Source of the DNA: Lepidodermella squamata
Lineage: Eukaryota > Animalia > Gastrotricha
Direction of reading: 5' to 3'
NCBI GenBank assembly: GCA_047495785.1
Contig: JBLDXI010000015.1
Span: forward strand, 434,001 to 498,000
DNA: 64,000 nt
Position 1 is the first letter of the stretch. Each line of letters opens with the position of its first letter. This document shows positions 1-12,022 of the stretch, one piece after another. The notes beneath the pieces were generated by a model, which did not search any database, had not been told where the DNA came from, and was given only the letters and a program-made list of their open reading frames with translations. The translations under genes and the position numbers were made by a program.

Positions 1-892
1 TGCGTAAATGCTAAATGTTAGGTTTGCTTAACGCCCACCAAAGCTCATTTACACTTCGCATTTTCAGAATTTGGACGATGAAACAATTACAAGAGAAGTT
101 CATCATTCATCATTACCCGGCGCGGAAGTTTGCTAGAATCTGAAAATTTACCTGCAAGCTTTAGAACTAAATTTGATAGTTGACAATAGATACTGAACGG
201 GCTAAATTGTATATCGGAATTGCGCCCGCTAATACACACTGGTAATCGACGTGTTTTTCTGGCAAAACATATCCACGGCTACAACACGAGCTAATTTAGC
301 CGAACAAATGAGCGACAATATCAAATTTTATTTTCGAAATTTGTAATGCTGTTGTTCAGACGTAATCCCGGCATTTTTTAGAAAATTTCATATAAATCAA
401 ACACCCCAGCACCTCTTCGTTGCCACCGCTATCTAGCGTTTTCACAGCAGCCGTTACTTGGTGTTTCAACGCATAAGCTTTCCGGTCCATATTTACACGC
501 AATCATTCTCCTGGTCAAGCATCTAGTTGCAATCTGAGTGCTGAGTGGAGCGTACTAAGACCCGACGTAGTTGAAGAGATCAACAAAGATATAGGATTCC
601 CGATGGAATCGAGAAGCATGCGAAGTTCAAGTACGCTCTTTCGCGAAAAACTGTTGTCTAAGATGATATTGTAGCGCCAGCTAGTGATGTACATTTTACT
701 CAGTAAATCCTCTTGATCAATACCATGCAAGGCAACCTATAACCCAAATCCGTAGTTTGTCTGTAGTTTCTTTCCGTTCGGTATCCTGAAAAGTACTTTT
801 TCGCGGAATGGGGTATTTTTCCAGTTCCTAGTCGCTTAGCCAAAAAACTGCCGGTCGTCCGAAACAAACGCAAAAGTAAAAGTAGTTTTTAT

Positions 893-2308
893 TTACTCAT
901 GTGAGTTTTTCCTCAGGAAAAAGAAGCTGAACAAACATAGCAAACATGTAAAATGCAAAGAAAGGTTATCAGATGAGCTCGTTAGGCTATCATCACCAAG
1001 CGCGACATACCCCGTATCTTCATCATTTTCCTCGGCACTAAAGCGGACAGCTGATAAAACGTAATTTCTCGAAATTTCTCGATCCCGCGACACTACTATC
1101 AAGCTTCTGTTGAAGTACGCCATAGCAGCTATGTATCCAAGATTGCTAATCTCAGAAATCAGGTTCCCGGTGAATCGATCGAACGCAGAAATCGATTCGT
1201 AACTCGCAAGAAAAACCAAATCCTGGGTGACAATTCCGGAAATCAAAAACGAAACTCTCGTCCCGTTGCCGAAGCCGCGAGAAAATTGCCCGGTCACTGC
1301 GTTGTAGCTGCAAAATGCGAACGGCCGAGCGCATTCCTTTTTGAATATGTAAATTATCGACCCATCATGGCACATCATTTGCGGCGCTGTTGTCAGCTCG
1401 CCCATGTGGCGATTTAACCAAGCCGGCCGTTTTGAGTCGAGATTTGTCGTTGCTAACTGGCAGGGAATGTCGCTTTTAAACGGGCAAACAATGCTGGCAA
1501 TTCGATTCGGCTGCAAGGGCGATACCATAAGATGCGCTTTGTCAAGCCAGTTCTGCCCTGAGGCGACATGGGAGCGCCATAGCGTCGACCAATTCTTCGA
1601 GCTGATCTCATCAACGTGCGAATCAATTAACATGAAAATACGGCCTTCAGGGGTGATGGCAGGAATTTGAGGCCAGGTTATGTTTAGAATTCGATGAATC
1701 AGTTTCCCATGCTTTGCCGAGAAAACTTCATAGCTGTCAGCACAAACAATGTAAATTTGATCCAAATCACCGCGGTAAGTAATAGGGAGTGCAGTTGTAT
1801 AGGAGTCATTATGGCAGACCCTCACAGACCAAATTTCGTTGAAATCGAGTAGAGAAAAAGAAATGAGCCACGATTTTGCCACATTTGAGGTTTTGTTAAC
1901 CAGCATCGTAAATAGCCGAAGTTCATCGTCAGAAATCGCAGGAGGTGAAAAGTCGATTTTATGTGTTAAAAAGCCGAATTGCTCATACAGCAGCGTTCTT
2001 TTGATCTCAAAGCCACTAGTTGCATTGAAACTGATCAATTCCCCAGCGTTTTGTTCGAAAATGTAGATAATCCCATTAGATGTAATCAGAGGTTGGCTTT
2101 TGTAAGTGCCTAAGAATTTCACGTCATTGCTAGTGAAAGAAAAAGGAGTGCTCTGCCACTTTATCGAAGGACTTTCGCCGCTCCTAGGCCTTCCAGATAG
2201 TTCGTCTCGATAGCAAGCTCTATCTAGACCACCGTTGAATTGGAGCCATGGCTTTGGTGGGGCTACAACGAAAGAGAAGCCGAAAAAGGCGAAAATCAGG
2301 GTTCGCAT
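893..2308 (-). CDS. Secreted, probably GPI-anchored PQQ/BamB-like beta-propeller protein (paralogue 1), intronless, 471 aa
   Basis: Uninterrupted ORF. N-terminal signal peptide; PWLQFNGGLDR..YR lead-in and repeated propeller blade motifs (GELISFNATSG, SYNAVTG, AFDRFTG). C-terminal small-residue run plus hydrophobic tail. Several N-x-S/T sequons. Confidence 0.75.
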   Translation of the reverse strand: MRTLIFAFFGFSFVVAPPKPWLQFNGGLDRACYRDELSGRPRSGESPSIKWQSTPFSFTSNDVKFLGTYKSQPLITSNGIIYIFEQNAGELISFNATSGFEIKRTLLYEQFGFLTHKIDFSPPAISDDELRLFTMLVNKTSNVAKSWLISFSLLDFNEIWSVRVCHNDSYTTALPITYRGDLDQIYIVCADSYEVFSAKHGKLIHRILNITWPQIPAITPEGRIFMLIDSHVDEISSKNWSTLWRSHVASGQNWLDKAHLMVSPLQPNRIASIVCPFKSDIPCQLATTNLDSKRPAWLNRHMGELTTAPQMMCHDGSIIYIFKKECARPFAFCSYNAVTGQFSRGFGNGTRVSFLISGIVTQDLVFLASYESISAFDRFTGNLISEISNLGYIAAMAYFNRSLIVVSRDREISRNYVLSAVRFSAEENDEDTGYVALGDDSLTSSSDNLSLHFTCLLCLFSFFFLRKNSHE

Positions 2309-3049
2309 TGGATGATTGCTGATTTCAGCCTATTTTGTACGAAATTGTTTATCATGGCTAATTTTTGGTCTAATTTTCTCTGCAAGTGGATAAGCCCTAT
2401 ATTCTATATTCGTAGCATGTGCCGCAGTAATTTACTGATGAAATTTTCCATATACATGTATGCGAGGCGTATTATTTGTGTGCCAGTCTGTGTTTGTTAT
2501 ATAAATGGCCCTCGCTTTCCCCTCCCTGCTGGGACCCGGCCATTGTTGTCGCGCGCTTTGTGAGGAAATGCGCGTTTACACAATATGTGAATGAAAAATA
2601 TGCAGAATAAACAGAGGCGGCTGTGCTTGCTTCTTGCTGATGATGTGATTTGAGCGGCCGTGCGATATTGGTTCCGCGCTGCGAGAGCCGAAAACTGAGC
2701 ATAGCACTTCCTTCTTCTTATTTGCGGCTGAAAATGAATGCTACAGTGTTGTTTTTTTCAGAGATAGCACCGAATGGCATCCATTTGCTGATCATGTGAT
2801 ACAAAAACATAAATAATTCAGATAAAATTCCGCTCATAGGCAGTGAAATTCGCTTTTTCCAACGCATCATTTCCTTTGGCCTCCGCAGTTTTGCCTCATG
2901 TTAAAATCATGGAAAACTGAAATCTGAAATAACAATTATTGAAATCTAGGATTATATATATTGCGGATCAAATACAGACTCTTAAAGCAAAATTACTTTT
3001 TTATACTCGCTGACACGGTTTATAAGTTTATTGATATATTCACGATCAT

Positions 3050-4510
3050 TCAGACAAGTAACGAGTACAGCAGATTGAGAAGAAGGCCTTTTATTGCAAA
3101 ATCTATGTTGCAATCGGCCGAAGAGTTCCGCTCCTCTGGATGGTCATGATCTTCACCGGCAGCCGTCACAGGCCCGAGTAGAGGTAAATTGCCACTAAGT
3201 TCTCCCTCAAGATCGGGCTTTCGCGTGAAATCCCGGTCAACGAATCGCAAAGCAGACAGGAAAAAGTGCTTGAAATTCGATCTTAGCCTTGTGACGACGA
3301 AAAGAGTCCCGTTGAAGAAAGTCATAGTCGGCAGGAACCCAGTTAGCCCTCGCTCAGCGATTTCATCCCCCGTCCTCCGATTTATCGCCTTAATCTTTTC
3401 ATGAAAACCAAGAAAAATCACATCTCTCGTGAAAAGAGCTGCGACAAAGTAACTAGTCCTCGGGCCGTACGACCTTGCAAATCGGCCGTTGTTCGCATTG
3501 TAGGCACAGAGGGCGCCTTTTTTCTCCGGATCACAGTCGGTACTGAAGGTGAAAATCGCTTTCCCATCATGAGCCATGAAAACCGGCGGATATCTCAGCG
3601 CCTCCATTTTCCAATTCCGCCACTCGATTCGCCTGGCTGTGATATCTGTTGTAGTTAACTGGCAGGTTACAGCGCTCAAAAATGGGCAAATTAACGTGCT
3701 GATATGGCTAGGGTTAGTCGGCGACAGCAGAGGAGCTGGGTCTCGGCCGTGGTTCTTCTTAGTTGCCACCCCGATTTTCCACAAAATCGTACCATTTTTC
3801 GGGTCAAGCTCCACCAAATGTATCTCGGCAAGAATGAAAAACCGACCATCCCCCGTGATCACAGGTAGGTAAGGATAATTATTGAGTTTGACAGAGAACA
3901 ATTTCAAACCACTTTCAGATGAATAAGCTTCGACCGTGTCGTAGCATAGCGCATAAATCACCTCGTTGTAATACGTCAAAGGCAGGGCGCTTAGATACTT
4001 ATCATTGACACAGATGCGGATTTTCCAGTCAACAATGCCGAAATCACTGAGAGAAACAGCCATAAGCCAGGCTTTATGCGGGGATCCGAACATATCAACC
4101 ATGAGTGTGTAGAGCTCTGTCTCATCGTCCTTGATAGCTGGTTGCGAGAATTTCTCCTCTTTGTAGCTGGGCTCGAAAATTTCATAGAGTATCGTCCTAT
4201 TCAGTTCAAGGCCCGTATTCGCATCGAAAACAATCAATTCACCAGCGCTTTGCTCCAGTATGTAGATTTTGCCGTCTGAAGTTATCAACGGTTGGCTTTG
4301 ATCGCTGGTTTGAACATAACGCGGCTCGTCGCTTGTTACCAGAAATTCAGTCAGCCAGATTGCGGCTAGATTCGTTAAATGTGACGATTTCTGGGCCACT
4401 TCACTGCGGTAAAATGATCGGTCCAACCCACCAGCGTACTGTAGCCATGGTTGTGGCTGCTGAGCATTGATGTTAGAAATGAGAAATGTCACAAAAATTG
4501 CTAGGATCAT
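3050..4510 (-). CDS. Secreted, probably GPI-anchored PQQ/BamB-like beta-propeller protein (paralogue 2), intronless, 486 aa
   Basis: Colinear similarity to 893..2308 (PWLQYAGGLDRSFYR, SQPLITSDGKIYILEQSAGEL, ICPF...CQLTTT, CAYNANNG). Signal peptide and hydrophobic C-terminal tail. Confidence 0.75.
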   Translation of the reverse strand: MILAIFVTFLISNINAQQPQPWLQYAGGLDRSFYRSEVAQKSSHLTNLAAIWLTEFLVTSDEPRYVQTSDQSQPLITSDGKIYILEQSAGELIVFDANTGLELNRTILYEIFEPSYKEEKFSQPAIKDDETELYTLMVDMFGSPHKAWLMAVSLSDFGIVDWKIRICVNDKYLSALPLTYYNEVIYALCYDTVEAYSSESGLKLFSVKLNNYPYLPVITGDGRFFILAEIHLVELDPKNGTILWKIGVATKKNHGRDPAPLLSPTNPSHISTLICPFLSAVTCQLTTTDITARRIEWRNWKMEALRYPPVFMAHDGKAIFTFSTDCDPEKKGALCAYNANNGRFARSYGPRTSYFVAALFTRDVIFLGFHEKIKAINRRTGDEIAERGLTGFLPTMTFFNGTLFVVTRLRSNFKHFFLSALRFVDRDFTRKPDLEGELSGNLPLLGPVTAAGEDHDHPEERNSSADCNIDFAIKGLLLNLLYSLLV

Positions 4511-5383
4511 TATTTTCAGTCTAAAATTTGTCTGCTAGGCCTAAGCGAAATTGCATTTTTTGCGCACAAGAAGTTTTATGTATGGCGTGTCACCACTGAA
4601 TTTTAATTTATCAAATGCACCGAGTTCTGTTAGTTCTTTGGGTTTTCTTTCACTCAGTGAGTGCCACTATGCTAATAAGACGTGTCTACCAAAACTCGCG
4701 ATTTCTTCTTCCGCCATTCATCGCCTCTCGGGCTAAGTACTCCCAGCTTCAATGACTCCATGCTTCAAAATGAAATAATACAGTGCAATCTTTCGGTGAT
4801 TTGATGAAGTCTCGTGCAAAATGGTTTCAATAAGAATAGGAAATGCATTCATATGTTATTTAGGTATAGTGTTTCTTCAGTCTCAGAAGCATTAATCTAA
4901 ATCAGTGATGTGAATGGAATGCATTTTTCAGTTGATTTAACCTCTTTTTTCGTATTAAATCCAATGTTAATAATTTATATCGATTCATAGGTATCTCGAA
5001 TTCGAAAAATATGTTCTCTGACCAGTATGTATCTAGTATAGAATTCAACCCACGTGGCTTATCTATTATTAGAATTCATGAATGAGTAAGTTGCATGACC
5101 GCGGCTCTGTCCCATGAATAAATTAACGCTCGAGAGTCGAAGGGCGCATTATACACTGCTGGATATGCACATTTATCGATTTTAGAATGATGACTCGCGG
5201 ATTGGTCATCGTTTCATGGGTGGTCAAACGCTACCACGCAGGGACAGGCAACTCTAGAAATCACCCAGCAGGTGATTCTAAACAAAGTGAGAAATTGATT
5301 TTGCTACCTCGGAAAGAATTTTGCCGAAATTCAATAGCATAGCCTAGTTATCAGTAAGCTTTGCATTTTGAGCATATAATGCC

Positions 5384-6037
5384 ATGGCCCGAATTAGTAC
5401 GCTCTGCATTGCCCTTTTGCTATTCGCCATGTTTTCCTGCTTTGGAGCCTCATGTCGGATATCGCATAGGAAGAGAAATATCGCTAATGAAGCAAACTTA
5501 GCCAAAGGACAAACTGTTCGGTTGCATAAGCTGCGTAAGTGTACAGCATATTTTCCGTGGATTTCACTAGTAAATTGGGAATCAGTTAATGAAGACTGTT
5601 ATAACAGAATTTCATAACGGCATATTGATCGGATTTCCATTGATTTTCTATGGAAATTCAGCGAATTATACCTATCCTTTTAAGGTGAAACCAAATTTCT
5701 TAACTTTTTGATTACTCGTGGAGTAATCGATTGGTCACCAATTACATTTTCTCCTTCTAATTGAAAGAATTATTTTTTTCTAAATTCCTTTTTAGTGAAA
5801 GGAGCGACGAAACAAAGCATGTCCCCTCAGGACGAGGAGCGGTTGCTGCAAGCCATCAAAAGCCAAGTTGCAAAAATCAGATTTATGAGATGTATGGAAC
5901 TCTTCTCGTACCCTGCCATCTGCAAAGGCTCAATGCTGTTTTACATGTGGGCTCGCGAACGTGCGAAATCAATTATGGAGGGCGAACAGGACAAATCGCT
6001 GTTGTCTCAGATTCGTGATTTGCAATTTAAACAATAA
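5384..6037 (+). CDS. Secreted peptide-precursor family, copy 1 (most divergent); exons 5384..5534 and 5796..6037
   Basis: Signal peptide followed by HRKR. GTAAGT donor at 5535 and TTTTAG acceptor ending 5795 join in frame. C-terminal RFMRCMELFSYPAICKGSMLFYMWA matches the family motif. Confidence 0.7.
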
Positions 6038-6600
6038 AATATTTATCTTGAATTCCTCAATTTCCTGCTCAAAGTATCCTACTTCTTCCATCACAAGTCA
6101 CAAGCTTCTTCCGCCCCAGCTTTTCAGTAACGCCCAACGAGCCAAAAAACTATGGCAGTTTGCAGTTATTTTTTAAATTTTCATTGAAGATTTTCAGGAA
6201 ATTCAGATCTTAGGGGCTTGTACCCAGCTCAAATCCTCCATGCCGATTGCAGTGATAATTTTAACGAAATAATTCAGTCACACGCGAAGTGGGCTGCCTA
6301 AAACTCACTCCAGAAATTCTCACTTGTTTTATCGATCAACGGTAAAAAGACGAACAATTTGTCAACGTTTGTGCGAATTATCAATATTTGACACCAGAAC
6401 TCGAATGATCAAATGTTTCGGAGTAAATATTACCGAACATGTGCGAAACCACGCCTTCCATCAGTCATTTTTCTACGGCAAAATGGTGGCGGAATAGCTG
6501 AAAATCGATCGATAGCACGCACAGCAAATCCGTGCAGTATTACACTCCGATTTACCAGTTTTTTTTATTACTTTCTTTCTCACATGAAAAACTAGGTAAC

Positions 6601-7985
6601 ATGGGGGAAAATTGTCTACATCTAATCTACATCGTAGCGTTGCTCCTGTATATGTGTTGCGAGAGCCAAGGTCTGACATCGCCTCTAAATGATACTGGAA
6701 ATTCGACTAGCAATTTCAGCTCACTTGCGATCTCGGCCAGCGTGTTAAAGCGAAACTATCTGAACTACTGCCCGCAAGTTTTGTCGAAATCACTACCGCT
6801 GGATGCTTTGTTTTCCAACATGTTCAAGTCACCTATGAGCGTTACAGTTACAATGGATATGTATCGCATGATAGCCATCGATGATATGCAGCAAAGGTAA
6901 GTTTGTCCTAATTAGGAGACTAATACTTTACAGTCAGGTATTTCTAAGCTTATCTGTCTGGGCGATTATATCAATGACTTGGTTCTACCCTTGCGACCCG
7001 ACATCTTGTGCGAATTTACTCGAAAACGAAACGATTTGCAATGCCGCCCAGTATAGCCTGTCTGAGAATGAATATTCTTACGTCATGTCTATTTCCATGT
7101 CAAACAAGGACGTTTGGGTGCCCCAATTTGCTCACATGAATGCTTTAGAATTCGCCAGGCCGTTCGAGAAGTTAGTTATATGATCGGTTGTAAAGAGATT
7201 TCTAGAATTATACCTGCTTCAAAAGGCTGAGCAATGGCATAGTCTACTTGACTTTCCCCGACAGCGGAGCGTCGTATTACTCGATGGGACGCTACGACAC
7301 AATTTGCGAAGAGTTCCCGTTCAGCAAATTTCCGTTCGACTCAATCAAATGTTCGTTCATTTTCGATTCCGAGGAAGTCGCGGCATATCTTAGCTACAAT
7401 TTGAGCCGATTCGCAATCGACGAATCAGCCGCGGATTCCTTTCTGTCCAGCGCTGATGTTTGGGATCTAATTTCCGTGGATCAGCCCAGAACTACGAAAA
7501 CTTCGCAAAATGCTGGCGAATACAGCTTGACCCGGATGACGGCAACTATTTCCTTCAAGCGAAGATCGAGTTATTTTGTGATAAATATAATTTTTCCTAT
7601 CTACGCACTGTATTTAATGCAACTCGCTGCTTTGATTATGCCACCTGATGTCCCAGATCGATCTGGTTTTGGAATTACCGTAGTTTTAGCCTTCTCTGTT
7701 ATTTTGTCATTCGTTGTTAGCCAGATACCACGAACTTCAGAGCCCGTCTACCTTGTTTACTTGGTCACGTTCAAATTTGCCTCAGGCATGGTGATTAATA
7801 TCTATCAACTCTTATCTTTGGCTGTCTTTAGTGGTTACGACGGATCCTTTTGTAAATCTGTTGTAGAAGTTGGTCGATTCAAAGTTACGAAACCTAGGCT
7901 AGTTGATGCTATCTTTTCTTTAAGCGTTATTCTTGTCACTGTTGTAGCCGATATATTCTTCATTTCGCTTATGATGATGATTTGA
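6601..7985 (+). CDS. Cys-loop (pentameric) ligand-gated ion channel subunit, divergent nAChR/5-HT3-like; exons 6601..6896, 6949..7170, 7226..7985
   Basis: Signal peptide, VWVP (loop A), C..FPFD..C Cys-loop, RRSSYFVINIIFP pre-M1/M1, M2 followed by IPRTS, M3 and M4. Introns of 52 and 55 nt restore a single frame. Confidence 0.85.
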
Positions 7986-8443
7986 ATGCCTTGAACCATC
8001 TCGATTGCAAGATCTCAGCACTTCACTATTCACTCAAAACAGAGTTGAATGAATGAGTTGAATGAATATATAGGCCATAGATTATTAATTTGGCCTGATG
8101 TTATTGCAATCTGTCTTGCGACGCGATTTCATGCGTGGTAATTAATTTATTTGCGAATCAATATACATGACTCACACGAAAAACGTTTTGCTTATCGCTG
8201 CTTGTAAAATTATCATCGTTTTATCATTTAAATTTTTCCATGACGATAGAACTGATGGCTTAGGTACTTATGTATCACCGGGTATCGAGCATCTACGTTG
8301 CTTCTCATCAACCTTAATTGGAACCGATCACTCATTACTATCTAAAAGGCCGACTCTTCATTCATTTATTTGATCGTTTTCATGATTAAAAAATTCTTGA
8401 AAATTGAAAGAAACATGAGTTTGCAAGGCCTGAAGGTCGTTGA

Positions 8444-11400
8444 TTACAAAATAGTACAGCTCGAACCCTGAGCCTCGATATCATAGCGGATTTCATTACC
8501 GCTCAACAAATCCATAAGTGTTACATTTCTTGCTCTCGCCGCTATGTCCAAAGCTTCGTCTCCAATTTCTGCGCCATGTTGCAGCAACAATTTGACAATA
8601 TCAACATGGCCACCGTCACACGCCAACGTCAAAGCAGTCCATCCCTTTCTACTCCTTGTATTCACACTTGCGCCAGCTTCTTCCACTAAAACACGTGCGA
8701 TTTCAGTGAAACCACTAGTTGCCGCTATCATGAGCGCTGTGTTGCCCATTTCATTCGCATCATCAACATTTGCATCTCTTCCAACCAGCAACGCCACAAT
8801 TTGATAGCAACCGACATAACTCGCGAACATCAGCGCTGTATTCCCATTCTCGTTCCGAAAATCGATACAAGAATCGTCTTGATCGACCAGAATCTTCGCG
8901 AGATCGACACGGCTATTTCTCGAAGCCCAGAGGAGGGGAGACCAGCCATTTTTGTTCTGAACGGCTACTTTGGTGCCTTTCTTCAATAAAACACGGCAAA
9001 TTTCGATATGTCCGATATAACTAGCCGCTGTAAGTGGGGTATCGCCATTCAAATTCGCAGCATTCACATCAGCCCCGTGATCCAGGAGCAACTTGACCAC
9101 GTCGAAATGACCCAATTGGCTTGATAAGATCAAAGGCGTATTGCCGCCTTCATCTCTAGCCTCGATTGTGCTCTCATCCAATTTCGCCAAAATCCTTGTT
9201 AGAGCTTTCAGGTCAGCCTTCCGAGCTGCATGGAGTATTTCCAGATTTTTACCGCCTATCGTGCCCAATCTGGCCACTTCCATTAGTCCAGATGGCCCTG
9301 ATTCACGGATTATGTCATGCTTCTTCGTGATTAAAAGAGCCAGTTTTCTCGAGTTCCCACAGCAGTAGGCTTTTTCGATAGCTTTCTCGTACCAATACTC
9401 GGAAACCTTGCCTCCTTTTTCGATCAAGTAATTGACGACCTCGAATTCGTCATAGAAAGCTAAAGTTAGCTCCAAAGCGTTAGCAACGTTCATTTTGTTG
9501 ACCAGGCTTATATCCGCCCCGTTTTCGACTAGAAATTGGACCAGTTCAAGCCTCCCAAGTCTTGCGGCTTCAATGAGAGGGTTATTCCCTTTCAAATCGC
9601 CTATTCCAAGGTTGCATCTCGACCTGCCAGACATCAATGCTCGAGCAACCTCGAGGCAGTTATCAGATATTACGCATTTGATCATGGCCGTTTCTGATCG
9701 ATCGTTAGTTGCATCAATCGGGAAATGATTACTATCGACCAACACCTTCACAATATCAGCATTGCCATTTTCACAAGATAGCATCAGACCGTTATTGCCC
9801 TCAGAATCACAGGTTTGAAGGAAGGATTTGACCGGGATTTCGGAGATAAAAAACCGTACAATCTTGCTACAACCGAGCTTGCAAGAAGCGAGAAACACAT
9901 TTTCGTACCAATGCCTCCGGTTTTCAACCAAGGTTTCGGAGACGTAATCAAGCATCGATTTGCCGGTATCTTGTGACAGGAATCGCTCTTTGGCCACTTT
10001 AACATTTGACGCGAAGCTCACCTCGGCTAATTTGCAGAACAACTCTGTGGCTAGGGATGTTTCGTTTGATTTTCCTTTTCGGATCAGCCAATTTTCGCTG
10101 TCGATAGATTTAACTAGATCGAGAGCTGGGAATGTTTGATCCCCGGGTTTGCCTAGAAACAACGAGGAAAGAACCTTGGACTCCATGCTTGAAATCAGGA
10201 TCTCGAGTAGCTTTAATCGTTTTTGCTCAATGGCTTTGGCGAGAATGTTGAAACTAGGAGATCCAAGAATAGCTGTCCTAAGCCTGGACTCTTCGCTGCA
10301 CTTGAAGTCAATTCGCGCTGTATCTGTGGCCAATTGATAGAAAACCTCGTTAAAGCTATAATATTCCGGACTATCTAGTCGACCGTAACAATGAAGTGCA
10401 GTGGTTTGAATAGCAATTTTACAGTACTCAGCGACTTCATGTCGGCTCAGGTTCCAAAGAATTGAAAGATCTTCCGTAGCGACAAATTCACCGGGTTGAA
10501 AGAGCAGGAATGTGAAGAGGATTTTTCGAAATTCAGGTTTTCGAAACTCAGCGGATGAGGCGAGAAGGCTTGCTGTTATCATCACGGTCTTCGAGTTTGC
10601 ATTGCTAACAGGAATCATAACAGATATCGGAATGATCTTCAGATAGAGATTGCTGAGTTCGGCCGGATCTTTTGAGCATTCTTGGAATAAATGCCTCATG
10701 ACAGCTGCCGCTGCTGGAGATCCTTGGCAAATACTGCCCAGCCTCTGATATTGGCTTGTTTCCAATTTTCTCTCGCTGTATTCCTGCTTCAGGAAGTCGA
10801 CCAAGCTTGGATTGTCAAGTTTTGGTATCTCCAGATACGAACTCGGGAATCGATCGATAGAGAAGCCGGCGAATCGCTTCTCTCGAGCTAGAGCAATGCA
10901 ATGAATATTGAGTGAACCAAAGCTGAGTTTCGAAACAGCACGCAACACGCCATGGCTGTAGACATCATCCAGAACAATTAGAAAGCTGGAGTTTTGCTTT
11001 TCAAAGCAATCGCGAATAGTTTTCGGATCAGCTTGATGGGAATCAGTTTGAAACCCGGCTTTTATTAAAACGTTTGTCAAGCTGGCGTAGAGAGATGCTT
11101 CATCGTACTGAACTGCTTTTGAAATTTCTCGGACATTTAGCCAAATCACGAGCTGGGCTTTGCTATCGAACAGTTTCTTTTCGTGCAAAATGCTATTGAC
11201 CAAGACGGTTTTTCCTAGCCCAGCCTCGCCCCATATAACGAGAGAGCCTGTTACCCATCGGGATTAGGTCTAACGAATTCAAGCTAAATGTTAATACCTG
11301 ATTTTTTCGTGAGCAGATTAGTTATAGCACCTCTTACAAGATCCTCCCGTTCAGCATGGCTGAAGTACTGCGACGGAAGAGCTGGGAAAAACCCCACGAA

Positions 11401-12022
11401 CTTCAATCTGAAAGGGCAAGTCATAGAAGTCCTGTTAGCCTTGAAAATAGTGAAACCAACCTGTCTTGAGCTTCAACAGGCAAATTTGTAGGTTCCTCCG
11501 TTGAGCCGTTACGATCAGCTTCAGTTATCACGCAAGGCTCAACAATTAAGGTCTCTTCCTTCTTCGATTTAATAATTTTGAGCTGGAAAAAACCTAAGAT
11601 TAAAACCATGGATCCTGTATTTTGTTTAAAGTTATTACCACTGCGGAAGAAGTTTGTTCGAGGCTAAGAAAAGCTTTCGAAAACTCTTCTGCCTCATTTT
11701 CGGATATGACCTGGGCGATTTGGTATGATAGCCACTCTGCTAGAGGAGCGTTGTATCTTTCAACGACGAGAGCTGCCAATACCAAGCTGGCATCTTCCCC
11801 AGCCGCTAGAGAATCGCACAGAACTCCACGGAGCTCAGCAGCTGTTGTTGCATCCTCCTTAGAAATCGTTTCCAACAATTCTTGCGTAAAGTGGGTTGAA
11901 GCCAACTGATAAAGTGCGTCGTCTTTCGAGAAGGATTTTAGCTCCAAGACCAGCCTCTCCACATCGAAGTCCTGTCTGCTTCTAAGATTCGCCAAGATTT
12001 GCCCAAAGCCGGAACTAACCAT
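8444..12022 (-). CDS. STAND NTPase: putative CARD-like domain + NB-ARC (Apaf-1/CED-4 type) + ankyrin repeats + C-terminal CaaX (CTIL); exons 12022..11639, 11582..11461, 11407..11298, 11247..8444 (1139 aa)
   Basis: Three GT-AG introns (56, 53, 50 nt) give one frame. Walker A GEAGLGKT at 11230..11207, Walker B FLIVLDDV, GxP motif ICQGSP, about 10 ankyrin repeats (GNTPL/GDTPL/GNTAL..A...GH). Protein ends in CTIL-stop. Start codon is the first in-frame ATG; an upstream exon is not excluded. Confidence 0.85.

Noticed and set aside
515-730. 71-aa minus-strand ORF preceded by a possible splice acceptor
   Set aside because: No recognisable motif and no linkable exons; cannot be supported.
893-4510. 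Bacterial contamination as the source of the propeller genes
   Set aside because: Contiguous with intron-containing genes, similar base composition, and both carry eukaryote-type GPI-like tails and glycosylation sequons.
8544-10891. Numerous plus-strand ORFs over the ankyrin gene (and similar antisense ORFs over other genes)
   Set aside because: Antisense or alternate-frame shadows of real coding sequence.
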